A stretch of DNA of 64,000 nt from Octopus vulgaris (taxonomy: Eukaryota), in the NCBI GenBank assembly GCA_951406725.2, contig OX597814.1, forward strand, positions 95,480,001 through 95,544,000, written 5' to 3'. Made by a program: the position numbers and the translations under genes. This document shows positions 1 through 14,400 of this stretch, in pieces (the stretch's first letter is position 1; each line of letters opens with the position of its first letter). The notes below the pieces were generated by a model. The model worked only from the letters and a program-made list of their open reading frames with translations, ran no database searches and had not been told where the DNA came from.

Positions 1-963
1 ATTGCCAACTATATCGTGCGTATTCTTTGATGAATCCTCAAAACTGATTTGAAAATGTCATGGCTGGCTGAATCTATTGGAGACGACAATATGTCTGTAA
101 CAATATGCTTAATTAATATATATATTTTTCAACAAGCTCACTAGCTAATCGCAACACCAGCGCCTGTTCAAGCACTGTCTCTCTATATATCGCTGAGGGG
201 AGATGAGCCTCTTTTATCTCTAGCGGTTGAGCATCCATCATTGTCAAGACCAAGGAAGGTCAAAATCATGTAATCTAGTGGTCTCAGTACTGGAGCTGAT
301 GGGGATTTATCTCCCCAAAAGCGATATAAACAGGCATGCATTTTGCACCAAAAGCTTGTATGAGAGTTTCTCTCATGGTGTCTACTGCAGTATAGTTTGT
401 TCTAACAAAACATCTACATTTGAGTGGGGATGAATATTATCTCTCAATATACTTAATAGGTTGTTATAAATACTTAACATGTGAAAGTATAACTCACTAC
501 TGAGTAGTTGATGTACTGAACAATTGACATTTTGCTGAGTTTACAATATTGGGTGCAACCTTTCTCATGAGTAAATTTTGAGATGGATTAAGTTTCCCAA
601 ACTGAGTTGCTTCAAATACACTATGTAAAGTCAAAAATTCATGATCCATTCCGTATGGGTTTCACTGCCACTAAGTTGAACTATGCATCATAGATGAATT
701 TGTAGATAATGCAGTCTGTTGAAGCCAGCAGTATAGTAACCAAGAAAGCCTATGTCAGTACAGATAATTGACACAATTTACAATGATGATGATGGTAATG
801 AAACTTGATGAGGTAGAGAATCACTAAATATTTGGAGTTAGTTTTTTTCAACTTACTGCTGCTCTCTTGTAGCCATTAGTTACCAATTTGTCAACCAAAT
901 TTGTGCAATTTTTAATTCAGCATCATTATTTAACTTACACCCTTGAATTGTTCCATTTCTCAG

Positions 964-1073
964 GTGCCTATTGCAATGGAAGGATTCGATGTCCTTTTCA
1001 TGGTGCTTGCTTTGATGTGAAAACTGGTGATATTGAAGACTTCCCAGGACTAGACAGTCTGCACACATTCAAA
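964..1073 (+). CDS. AIFM3: AIFM3 exon (Rieske C-half)
   Basis: cag|GT GCC...GAYCNGRIRCPFHGACFDVKTGDIEDFPGLDSLHTFK|gtaagt. Confidence 0.93.
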
Positions 1074-4000
1074 GTAAGTATTGCTTTTTTGTATAAAAAA
1101 AAAGTGCCTATCACTAAAGGGCTACATAAACTCATTTCATATAACATATTTTGATAATGCTGCTGCTAATGATGATTGTGATGATACTCCATTTGTTTCC
1201 CACAGCTGAGTTGTAGAGGTGCATGGTTTAGTGGTTAGCGTGTTGAACTCATGATTGTAAGATTGTGGTTTCGATTCCTGGACCAAACAATGCATTGTGT
1301 TCTTGAGTACAACCGGGCAACGCATTGTGTTCTTCAGCAAAACATTTCATTTCACGTTGCTCTAATCCATTCAGCTGGCAGAAATGAGTAATCCTGCAAC
1401 GGACCAGCATCTCATCCAGGTGGGGAATATATTTGCCATGAAATTGGGAAACTGGCCCTTATCAGTCGGCATAACACAAGAAGGTATCTTTACCTTACAT
1501 TACCACTGCTGAAATTATCACCATTTGGTGACAATTGGTAGAAATTATCTTCAGCCTTCACATGCTATATTGTGTCCCATTCTATCCCTAACACTTCCAA
1601 CTACCATTTGGAATTGTTGGGGGTGGGGCTGTGTGGTTAAGAAGCTCTCACTTTGCACTGGTTCAGTCCCACTGTGCTGCATATTGGGCAAGTGTCTTCT
1701 ACTATAGCTCTGGGCCAACCAACCTCTTATGAGTGAATTTGGTAGGTGCAAACTGTGCGGAAGCCCAGACATGGTTGTGTGGGTAAGAGCTTACTTCCCA
1801 ATCATGTGGCCTTGTGGTCAGTCCCATTGCACAGTATATTGGGCAAGTGTCTTCTACTATAGCCCCAGGCTGTCCAAAGCTTTGTTTGTAGATTTGGAAG
1901 ATGGAAACTGAAAGAAACCTGCAGGATAATTATAATATATATGTGTATGGAATAATTACTATGAAGCATTGTGTAGAATATATTGTATAAAATATAGTGG
2001 GTAAGGCCAAAACAATGCGAAGTAAATGTAAGGTGAATCAAAAGAAAATAAATACATGAATTAATGTAGACTTACCTTGTATTCGATATTTCAGGGTTAT
2101 GGCCCCATTCTCAAGAAATAGACAAATGTTGCCAATGTGTGGAGTGGACATGTGTGGAAAGGTGTTGCTATAACAACCAGCTAGCTTCCTGTAACTCTCT
2201 TCTGTTGTTGATCTTGGGTTTCTTTTGGTGGATGAGGATGGCAACAGAGATTCTAAGGTTTCCCTGTTCTGCTGTGTTGCCTTGATGTACACTGTGAATT
2301 CCTGGGTCTGACATTTTTGTAGGTGTTTCTTCATGAAAGTGTCTGCCTGCATGTGTTCCTTAATGCGTATATGCAGTTTTCTTTTCATGCTTCCTATGTA
2401 GGATGCACCACATTTGCCACAGACGACCTCACATACAACATAGGTCCTCTGGCACAATTCAGGGTCATTGATGGGGCAGTTAGACAATGTACACTCCTCA
2501 GAGTAGTGAGAGGTGTTGTTCTTGGGCAGAGTTTTTTCTCAGGGAAAGGCCAGTGTACTTAGTGGCATATCATTCATCTACACAGTCTGAGTTAAAATTC
2601 TGCTGAGGTCAACTTTGCCTTCCATCCTTTCAGGGTCAATAAAATAAGTACCAGTTGAACACTGGGGTTGATGTAATCAGCTATCCTCCTCCCAATATTG
2701 TTGGCCTTGTGCCAGAATTTGAAACCATTGAAATGGCAGCCAGTTACCATAGAACAACGGCTGCCAAACTGCTTTGATTTGTTGTTTTAGACATGTGATT
2801 GTTACATCTGTATATACTGTGTATGTATATACACACACACACACATTGTGTTTATCGATATTGGTATCAATGTATAAGCCATGTTAATTCCTGAACATTT
2901 CTATCCAAAGATGTGTTAAATGTGAGTTTACTATGTTTTATAATTCAGGTGACAGTTGAGAATGATATAGTAAAATTGACTGTTCCCCAAGATAAACTGA
3001 AAGAATTCCGGAGAGTGAAACCAATGGTGAAATATTCCAGTGCAACAAATAAGGTTAACCTCTTGGTTGGTGGAGGTCAGTCTTAGTTTCTCATCTCATT
3101 CAACAGAGAATGGCAAACCTACATTCTGAGACTTTTGGGTCTTCATTTCTTGTCTCTCTTTAATAGTTGTTGATCCTTTCTCTCCCTTCATCTACTTCTG
3201 TCAATATGCATTTCTATGTATTGAATTTTCATTGTTCAGCTGGCAATCCAAATGTGACCATCTTATCCTTTTGCATATTACAGTTGTATCATATTCAATG
3301 ATTTTAAGATGATGTCAGTGTACAAACAATGCATTAGATCCATTGTGAATTTTGTCAGTTTTGCCTAGTGCTCCAACATCATCTCCTTAACAAATTATAA
3401 TCAACGAAGAATACAAAACAGCATATTTTGCATTATTACCTGTCACACTCAGATCACTGACCTAACCAGTCAAAAACACTTAAAAATGAAAAATCATGTG
3501 AGCAACCCAGTTTTTGCTCACACCACACTCTAATCTCAAACATCTACAATCACATCTTCCCAACATTGTTAAAACATCATCACACCATATAAAAAGCCTC
3601 TACATGACCCCTTCACCCAAAACTTGCAAATAAAACTTCTTCAAATTGTATTCTACCATCTTTAAGTTTTAGCTGTTAGTTCTTATGTGTCCAAGGATCA
3701 CATAGACCCTCCTTCTTTCTCTTTATCTTGCTCTCTCTCAGTCCCTTTTCGTACATTGATCTCTTTCTTTCTTTATATATTTATCCATCTTTATCTATTG
3801 ATGAGTTAATTAATTGATTAATTACATGCATTTTTGCATATTTATCTCCTACCTCTCCTGATTTTGTATTACTAAATATATTCATAAATCTATTGGGTTA
3901 AGAATATTCCCCTGGTTACTGTTTATATTTGTGTATACATGTATGTATGTTTATTTATTTAAGGTCCAGCTTCTTTGATTTGTGCTGAAACTCTGCGGCA

Positions 4001-4278
4001 AGAAGGTTTTACAGGTAAAATTATACTAGCTTCAAAAGAAGAGTGTATTCCTTATGACAGACCAAAATTATCAAAGGTGAGTGGTTTGAAAGTTTCTAAA
4101 TTTTAATTTGTAAACTGTTAAAAGTTTCAACATCGATTTAAATAATAATGTATTGATTCTGAAGTGTGTATATTATGTGTTGTGATGATTGACACCTATT
4201 GAATATCATTCTAGAAAATGAATGACACTCATCTTGAGCTTCAAGAAATGCAGTTTTCTTATCACTGTACTATAACAC

Positions 4279-4346
<68 letters not shown>

Positions 4347-5370
4347 GATATACACACACACACACTCACTCAATCACTTGCATTCTCCCTTACACACACA
4401 ACTCTAAATCATTTGTTCTTTTGAAACAGACTATGAGTGCATCAGCTGACTCCTTAGCTCTGCGAAGCAAGGACTTTCTTAAAGAGCATGATATTGAATT
4501 TTTAGGTGAAAAACAGGTATGTAATATATATATATATATATAGAATTATTTCATTTCATCAAATCCATATATAGCTTCAAGTATTTTGCTTATTCTCAGA
4601 CAAACCACATTACTCAACTTAACCCTTTAACATTCAGATTACTCTGTCAAATGTTATGTTTGTTTATTCACATTAATTTGAATTAATCGTGCATTATGTT
4701 GTAGGTTTGAAATGTTGAGATAACTATTAATTTTTTAAATGATATCATAGGGTTGGCATGAGGAGGCCAGATCTGGTCAGTTTGAACATAAAACAGGTAG
4801 AATATTTTAGCTGGTTTAAGTGCTAAAGGGTTAAATTTCACCCTTAAACAATCTATGTAAGTGGAAAATAGATAGTTTATTTTTACTCTATAGTAGAAGA
4901 TCCCATTGAAGAAAGATGTCTGAAGAACAAGTGTACCCATAATCACAGTAAAATTTCTAAACTCAAACATTCATTTAACCCACAAAACTATTTAAAAATT
5001 TGTTAAAAGAGAAAAAAATATCTTTCCCATTGTCTTTTAACAGTAAGAACACTGAATATGATTCTTGCCAGAAGCAAATTCTTTAGTCAACATCCATTTT
5101 TAAAACCAACTCAGCTTTTTATAATTATGCCACCATCATCATCACCACCATCATCACCACCATCATCATAACCATCACCACCACTATTATTGTTGTTGTT
5201 ATTAAAGGCAGTGTTGTTGTTGTTATTATTCAGCTTGTTAATATTGACAGCGAAAAGAAAAAAGCAATATTTAAAGATGGGACAGAGATAAGTTATACCA
5301 ATCTGTTATTAGCCACAGGAGGCATGTAAGTCACTGTCAGTTCCTTATTTTATTATTATCAGATTTAATG

Positions 5371-5412
<42 letters not shown>

Positions 5413-8400
5413 ATGCAGCTGCTGCTGTGAGTAATTTGAGAAGGCAAAGCAGATTTTTGAAGTAAAAATCTTTTCAAAATTCAAAGGTGGGTGTGAGGCT
5501 TTTTATCTTAGAGAGAGATCGAAAAGTTAGTCACAGGCTCCTCCTTATTTCATCAGGCCACTGACCAATGTACCAGCCAAACAACCTTATTATAGGCTTT
5601 ATGTATAAGTAATATACTTTTGTCTTGGGTTTGGGGTGGGACAGATTGAAGTGCCTTAAACTTGATCTAGTATGCAGATAGATATCCCCACTGGTGCATT
5701 GACAAAAATCTGTTTCAACAGCACAGCAAGGAAGACTCCAAATAGTGTGTGGGCCAAGACACAACTTTGTTTGATGCCATTGTGGATGTTGAAGGATTCT
5801 GAGAAACTGCCTTTATGTTATAAAATATATACATGTAATACATGCACACAAATAGATAGATACTTGTGTATTGTACTAAAAATATAACCATGTTCAAGTT
5901 TTAACTTTTTTATTAATACATTTTCATATTATTGTTTGAGTCCCTTGCTGTTCATTTAAAACAATAAAGTAGTTGAATTCATCAACATTTCTAAACTTTA
6001 ATAACCTAATCATCAGGATGTGAAGTTGTTGGTTTGTGTAATTGCCTCTTTTATGGAAGGTAAATGGGATTTCTATATAGTTTATCATCCAAATTTGTGG
6101 AGACATTGACAATTTGAAATTTAACCATTAGGTTTATACATCATTAGTCTCCTATTTATTTTGTTTATAATGTGTTTGTGTTTTATGTATTTATTGTAGC
6201 ATTGCTTCCATCATTAATCATCTGTTTTTATGAGGAATTCTGTACACTATAGTATGGATGTGTTGTCCACTAATGTTTTCCTGCCTATTTTAATTTTTTA
6301 TGGTATAGTGCTACAATTGTTTTTCATTACAAGTGCATGGTGAGATTATGAGAGAATGTTGTATTTGTATAACCAGTGTAACAGTAGGAGTTAGGAAGTT
6401 TGCAACTTTTGCTTTAACAATCTAGTTTGTATATTATATTAGTCATGTTTGTTCTCTGTATCCATCACAAGGAGTATATCCACCAAATATGTTATGGATG
6501 CAATTTGTTTATGATTTGGTACTTTGTTCCCTATTGTGGCCAGGTAGAATGCTGTGAAAGTTAACCTTAAAGAAGAACCTTTTGTTTTTATAAATTGCTT
6601 TAGAAGCAGCATAAGTGCACTTTTCATGTGCATATCTCTAATACTTTCTTCAATGAATTGGCTGGTATCACAACTAGCTTTATTTTGGATGATACTATAT
6701 ATTACTTAATATCACTAGCAACAATAAAGGCAGAAACAGATATGATATTATTTGTTATCATAAAATCTAATATCATGACAGAAACAATAAATATATTATC
6801 CAGTACAATTTGCTACTGAAACTTGTTTAAGTTACTAAAGAAGAGATTTTAGCCTTCTTTATTGAAGAAATTGTTAGGATTCAGTGTGTCAGAACTTTTG
6901 TAATCATTTGTAAATGTATGCAATCATATTTCTGTAATACAGGACATATATGCACCTATGTGTATCCATATATATATGTGTGTATGTTAAGTGTGTAGAG
7001 AATGTGTGTGCATCTTCATTAGTTATTTAGTGCCAGTCTGACCTGAACTATTAGAAGGCATGTAGTCACCTTTCTTTGACTATTGTCATATATAAAATTA
7101 TCAGATAATTTAATACTTGCTCACTTTTGATTTCCCTTCAGTCCAAGATCATTAGAGATTCCTGGAAATGATTTGCAGAATGTTTGTTTCCTAAGAACTC
7201 CAAGTGAAGCTAATTATATTGCAACGGAGAGCAAAGGGAAGAATGCTGTAATTATTGGGTCATCTTTTATTGGTAAACACTAGTTTCTTTCTTCATGCTT
7301 CTTTTTTCTTATATATTTGTGTGTGTATGTGTGTGCACGTGCAAATTATGTTGTGTCCTCATACAACTTAAACTTCATTGTTTTGCAATGTCCAGCTAGT
7401 ATTTTCCAGTGGATCATGTGGGTAACTCCAATTCTCTGAACAACCGAAGATCTCTAACAAGAACATGTTCATAATGATGCTGTTGTTTCATATGTAACTT
7501 TTTCAGATCTAAGAAATCATAAATTAAGGGATTTTTCAAATAAGAAACCTTTCTGTTAGATATGAGAGGAAATGTTATAAATATGAAACTAGAAGACTTG
7601 ATATTGGGGTCTTTTTTGTGGGTAAAAATTATACAATATAATTTCATGAAAGAGAGCTTTTATTGGTAACATTGATATTGAAATTAGTGAATGAGATAGT
7701 ATGAGTTGGGAGTAGTGTTAATTCTTTTGGAAGTTTTGAATGGAAATGAGTGGTAGCCAAAAAGTCTAAAGAACAGATTTTGTTTTAGTGATATAAGATG
7801 CAAAACACTGTTCTATAGTAAGGTAGAGTGTATAGTTTATTAATATACAGTATTAAAAGTAAACCTTTAATTTGAGACTACCTCATATAAAGCAGGGTTT
7901 GGTGTGATAGTTTGCATCAATGTAGTAATCCAGCAAAAATATATCCTGATAAAAGAATAAGATTTCATAGTATTTAGTTTTTAGTTTTACACTGTAAGGA
8001 AGAGATGAAGAGAGAGTTTAATGTACATTTCCTCCTTTGAGCATAAAAGTAAGAATTATATACACACTTCTTTTGGGGTTTTTTTTTCTCCTCCTTTGTT
8101 CCTAATTCTTTTTCACTTAATTTCATCATAATTGTTTGAGACTAAAAATCGCTTGTTTAGCCCAGTTGATTCAAGCATATTATAGTTGTATTTTCAAACA
8201 GAAATAAAACAAGTGTCCCACCCATTCCACGCTTAATTACCTATGTTTACTAATGGGCTATTTTTGGTTTCTTCCCACTAGGTATGGAAGTCGCTGCTGC
8301 AATTTTGGAGAAAGCTAAGTCTGTCACTGTGATCTCTAACGCAAATTTACCATTCAAGACTGTTTTGGGGAGTCATTTGGCTGAAAAAATATTGCAAGTA

Positions 8401-11400
8401 TGTCATCCTTGTTTTTGTTATTGTAATCATTATCATCTTCATCATCTGAGATGCAATGTGTTGATGTGTAGGATCCTAGGTATGACTTCAAGATACATCT
8501 TGTAGTGGGACTCTCGTTTGAGAGTTCCAGGGTTTTGAAGAGTCTGGAACCACCTCTTAGTCTCTATTGTTCTCAGGTTTACTTTGACCTGGAGTAGTAG
8601 CACTTGTCAAGGTGCTATGGTTAATTAGCATATCAAGGCTTGCCTACTTATGCATATGAAGACTGGATTTGGCTCACTCTGTTGAAGAAACCTTCATGAC
8701 TCAACAGGAGGCAAGCAAGACAACTTGGTCATCTACTATATCCATCTTTATCCCCAAGTATCTTCACCTGGTCTTGCCATTGGATCAAAGATGGTCACAG
8801 ATGAGAGTGAAGTTGGTGGTGTGCAATGTTTCATTTCAAATTAAGTCGCTGCACAAGTCACCAGTCATATTTAAAGATGACTAGATAAACCTCCTCACTC
8901 AGATAAACAAAATGTGTAGGAAAAAGTCTCATAGAATAATAACAGAAAACCTCATTGAGTCACATTCATCACTGGTTTTTGATCACAGTCAGAAGTGTTT
9001 TAATCTATATCTATTAATAATACTTTCACAAAAAGTCATGCCTGTAATTAACTTGCCACATAAAAATTTCCAGCTTCATCTCCATGGAGAAGGTGATGGG
9101 AAATCATTCTAATATATTTTGTCAAACACTGTGACATCATTTCACCAGATATGTAAGCATCAACAGCAGTGAAGAATTGACCAGTGTTTTGTTTGTTTGC
9201 AGTTTTGAGCTCAATTTATTCTGTAAAATACCTACCTGTAATGGATCAGTATCCTATCCAGTGGTCAGTTAAGGCTAAATGCTCTAGAAACTGGAGCTGA
9301 ACAATGGCTTTACACATCTTTGTAAATTGGAGAGGGTTAGTTTAATTCCTAAGTTAACCATTTCTTTCTGTTCCAGTTTGGATGGTAGATAAAAACACTG
9401 CAATTATTTTGATATATACATACACACACATATGTGAGAGTGTATATGTTATTTGGTTGTAACAGTTGACACCTTTCTGGAAGTGTCTTCTTCACATCTC
9501 AATAGATATGTAGCAGGAATATTTGCAGAGTCCCAACATCAACTCACTGCATAGGAATTGAGCCTGAATCACTGTGTTCAAACAGAAACCAAATGTAAAT
9601 ACTAAAACAGGGTTTTGACATCAGCAAGCAGCTAGCCATTCACATCTTTGGTTGTCACATTAAGAACTTGTTTTTATCAGGAGCTGGGTTGACCAGCAAG
9701 AACACAATCAATCCAACAAAGGCTTAATTTGTTAGAATCTCAGAAGTAAATAACATACTGGAATGACATTAATAGTTTTGTCTTTGATACCCTTTCTTTG
9801 ACAGACCATTATGTGTGTGCGTGTGTGTGCAGATCATTTGTTTGGTAATTGATACAGCTAAAGTCAACTTCCTGCAGGAACTTATAAGACTCACTTCAGC
9901 TATGGAATTCAGTGACTTCAACAATCCTCTATCATTACTGATGCAAACATCTTGCACAGACACTCACAAATTGATTCTTTTAGTGCAAATATCGCTTTTC
10001 AATGATTGTTGCAACAACAGTATTTTTCTGTGAATAATTAAATATTTTTGTATTTGAACTACACACAGATTTTTATTCTTCTGTCAACAAACCAAATAGT
10101 CTGATGTTACAGATATGATTAGAGAAAAACTTACTATTTTAAGAGGCCATATTGAAGAGAGAAGAAAACCTGTAAAGAAATTAACAAATAGGAACATATA
10201 ATGAAAAAAAAAACGAACAAAATATGAAGTTCCAGTTTTTGGCAATATGTAATGGTATCAATACTAATTAAGGTGTATACATGTATGGATATGTTGTGTG
10301 TGGTGTGACAAGACTAAGTGGCAGTTTATATGCATGTTTATTGCTACAGTTGTACAAGGCTTCATGAAAACAGACAGTGTCAAATTATCAGAAAATCATA
10401 TTTACAGGTGTTGAAATCTTAATGACTAACTGACAGGCACATTGCTGCAAAAACATATGGTATTGATTCTTCACCATCTCCGAGTTGGTAATTGAGTGTG
10501 AAAAAAGCTATTTGGAAAATCACTGGTTTGAGTATGTAGCTGTGAAAACAGCTTTTGAGAGCAGAATTTATCTAGGACTGAGTGAAGAGAGTCTGAATTT
10601 TCTCTGAAATATTGCACCTAAATCAGCTTCTTATAAAGCAGGAATTTTCTAGAATTATCATGTGAACACTCGACCCTTGTTGGTTAAAAATGAGATGTGC
10701 ATACATGATAGAGGCATGAATTACATGCAACTAAACATGAAAACAAAAATGAAATCAACTACCATAAATATATAAAGTTTCTTTGCATAATGTTTCTTTC
10801 ACAGTTACATATAGATAAAGGTGTGAAATTCCAGTTCAACACCTCACCGACAGAACTTAAAGGAAATAATGGCAAATTGACATCTGTTGTTTTAGCCAAT
10901 GGTGAGGAACTACCAGCTGATGTTTGTGTTGTTGGAATTGGTAACTATTCATTAATATTCTATATCATTACTGTTTTATACTTAATTTAACATGCTGAAA
11001 GGAGATAAGCTTTGTATAGCTGTCAGAACATGATCCACTGTAGGGCTTATTGTCTTTTTTTACTCTTTCTGAAACTACAATGAACTGTTTCTTGACTTTT
11101 TGGGTTGTACCCAGCCTATCTTGAAATCAGTTTTAAATAATATTTCTCTCCTTAATGAATTCTCTCTCTCACACACCCCAAACATGTAGTTCTACTTTTT
11201 AAAGATCACTTCTATTCATCTATTCACTCATGCCAAAACAGTTCTCTATCTTTTCAAAGTTTATACTAGGCGTTCTAATCTCACTTGTCACTTCTGAGAT
11301 AAAAAGATCCCCCACTTCCTTCTCAGGAGTATGTGTTGCTGCTACTCTATGAAAAGCTCCTTGAATTGAGTTTTTTGCTAACTCCTCAAAAATAGCCATT

Positions 11401-14400
11401 ACCTGAATCTTATTATATGTAAATAGAGTAGATAGCAAGATAGATGTACAATGCTGTTAGCAGCAGATTATGGCAGAGTGCAGTATGATCCTCCAGACTA
11501 GATTATAACATGGCATATCCAAAGTAGTTGACCTATGAATTGGTGTTAAATAATTACTTAGTTATATGTGTGTATCCATGCAAAGCTGACCCAAGTGGAT
11601 GGTCTGTCTTCAGCATTTACCCATACTATTTCTAATATTGTAATACCATTCTTGTCTGAAATACAGAGATATACATACAGCTCAACATAGTTAATATCAA
11701 ATTTATAATAGAAAGGAAGTCATAGAATCAGCAGCTCATTTGATAGAGATGTTCTGTCTTTCTGTGTTCATGGATTTAGCTCAACAAAACAGATATTTTG
11801 TTATATCATCCATATAAGTACTATCATTAATAACACTGAGGAAACTCTGAGTTTCTTGTTAATAGAATTCTAAATACTTAAGCCTAATGCTTTAGTATTT
11901 ATATATAGTAACTCTCAGACATATATTTGATAGTTAAGCCATTCTCCATCATCTGTTGTGGTCCTATTCAATCTGTCTTGAATGCTTTTAATTGCAAGTT
12001 TACTCAATCAGAGCCAACTCAAGGCTAAATAGCAATAGATCTACAAGACCAGTCAAAATAGGGATCCAGTGATTTATAGATGCTTCCCTTAATTTTATAC
12101 ATATGGCTTTTTGAGACATGCTTTTGGAAAAAGTGCATTTTACATGTCATTAAATCTTAGAACCTCAGTTCAAGTGCAATGTGACAATTCTACATTGCAC
12201 TTGATACTATAAACCACTGCATGTCAGTGTGCAATGAGGTCCTGAACTAGGTGAGAACATGGTATATTTAGAGTATTGGTTCTGTGAACCTCACCATGTA
12301 GTTAGACTGATAACATTCATGGCATAATAACTTCTCGCATCACTATTAGCCAATTATTGAACTTTGTCCTACCTTTGACGACACTCAAGTATTGCAGGTA
12401 GCAATATTTATTTCATAAAGTTCTTTAATCGGTTACAAACATGATCAATGTTGAGTAAGTTCTTTGTAAACTGGGGTTCTAAAATTCAATGTCATATAAG
12501 ATGCACTTTTTTCCAAAAACATGTCTCAAAAAAGCCATATGTATAAAATTGAGGGAAGCACCTGTAAATCACTGGATCCCTGTTTTGCCTGTTCTTGTAG
12601 ATCTATTGTTATTTAGCCTGTAGTTGGCTCTGAGTAAACCTATGATTAAAAACATTCAAGACAAATTCAATAGGACCACAACAGATGGAGAAAGGCTTAA
12701 CTGTCAGATATATGTCTGAGAGTTACTATAGGCAAAAGTATTTAGAGTTCTGTTGACAAGAAACTCAGTTTCCTAATGTTATTAATGATAGTTCTTATAT
12801 GATGATACATCAAATATTTTTTTGTTGATCCATCCATCTTTTATACCATCAAATAATGTAAAAACTTCATTTTACTTATATTGCTAATATTTTTGAGAAA
12901 GTATGACTTTCACAGTTTTATGATATCTGGTAATCTGAACCTATAGAAAACAAAAGCATTCTTTACTAGACTGCTCTATCCCGCAAAAAAAGGATAACAC
13001 TCAAATTAATATTTAAATTGTACCCATTCAAAGTTTTCTTGTTGCTTGAATTTTTTTCTCTTTTTGTTTTCTTTAAAAGGAGTTACACCAGCAACAGCAT
13101 ATCTCGAAGGTTCACCTTTGCAAAAAAATTCATATGGGTTCGTTTGTGTCAATGAAGTAAGTTAATTAAAAACATTAGTGAATGTTTTAAAAAGTAATTA
13201 TTGAGAAAAAAACATCTGTCACTACATATTTGTTTTTCTTATTGAAAAATTGGTGCAAGTGCTATGTACAAATTGTAGCAAAGTTCATCCTTCTCCAGGG
13301 TATTGACTATTATCAGAAATTATTGGTGAAATGTAGTCTTAGATTGCTAGGACCTTACCAGGGTTGATAACAAACCTGTCTAGAATTGGGTTGATTCAGT
13401 CTGATTTTTGCCAAAATTAAAGATCACAATAAACAAAAATAAATATATTGGTGGATTGGCAGAATTTTATTGTCAGACAAAATGCCTTGTAGCATTTGTT
13501 CTGGCTCTTTACATTCTGTGTTCAAATCCCCCTGAGATCAACTTTGTTTAAGCAGCCCTGTTGGGATGAAAAGCAATGTACCAATTAAGGACTGTTGTCA
13601 ATGAAATTGCTGGCCCTGTGCCTAAATCAGAAATCTTTCATATTATGATTACTGTTAGTATTATTAGTTTGATGTAATTAATAAATCTATTACTAAAATT
13701 GCAGGCCATTGTGACTAAACTTAAAACCATTATTATTATCATTAGGGTGGCAAGCTGGCAGAATCATTAGCACACTGGGTAAAATGCTTAGCAGTATTTC
13801 AACCAACTTTACATTCTGAGTTCAAATGCCACCAGGGTCGACTTCCTCTTTCATCTTTTCAGAGTCAATGTAATCAACTCATTCCCTTCCACTAAACTGC
13901 CACCCTTGTGACAAAATTTGAAACTGCTGCTGCTGCTGCTGCTGTTGGTGGTGGTGGTGGTAGTAGTAAGGTGGCAAATTGGCAGAATCATTAGTGCACT
14001 GTGCAAAATGCTTAGCAGCATTTCATCCACTTTTACATTAGGAGTTCAAATTCCGCCATGGTTGACTTTGCTTTTTATCCTTTCGGGGTCAATAAACTAA
14101 GTACCAGTTATGCACTGGTGTTGATGTAATCGACTATCCTCCTCCCAATATTGTTGGCCTTGTGTCTATAATAGAAAGGATTATTACCTCCACCTTAGTG
14201 AAGGCAGAGGTATTATTTTCAGTCATGTTTGTTTGTTTGTCCATGGATAAGATATCTCAAGAACCACTGGATGGATTTGGATGAAACTTCCAGGGATGTT
14301 TGGCCTTGTGACTGGTGCGAACTGATTAGATTTTGGAATTGATCTGGTACTGGACCAGAATTCTGGATTATTTTTCCTATTCTTTTACTTAATTTTTGAG

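Noticed and set aside
15-70. Hammerhead-like TTGATGA...TGAAA at the window start, and CAGAAGA..GAAG at about 59785
   Set aside because: Core substitutions and no convincing helix I pairing.
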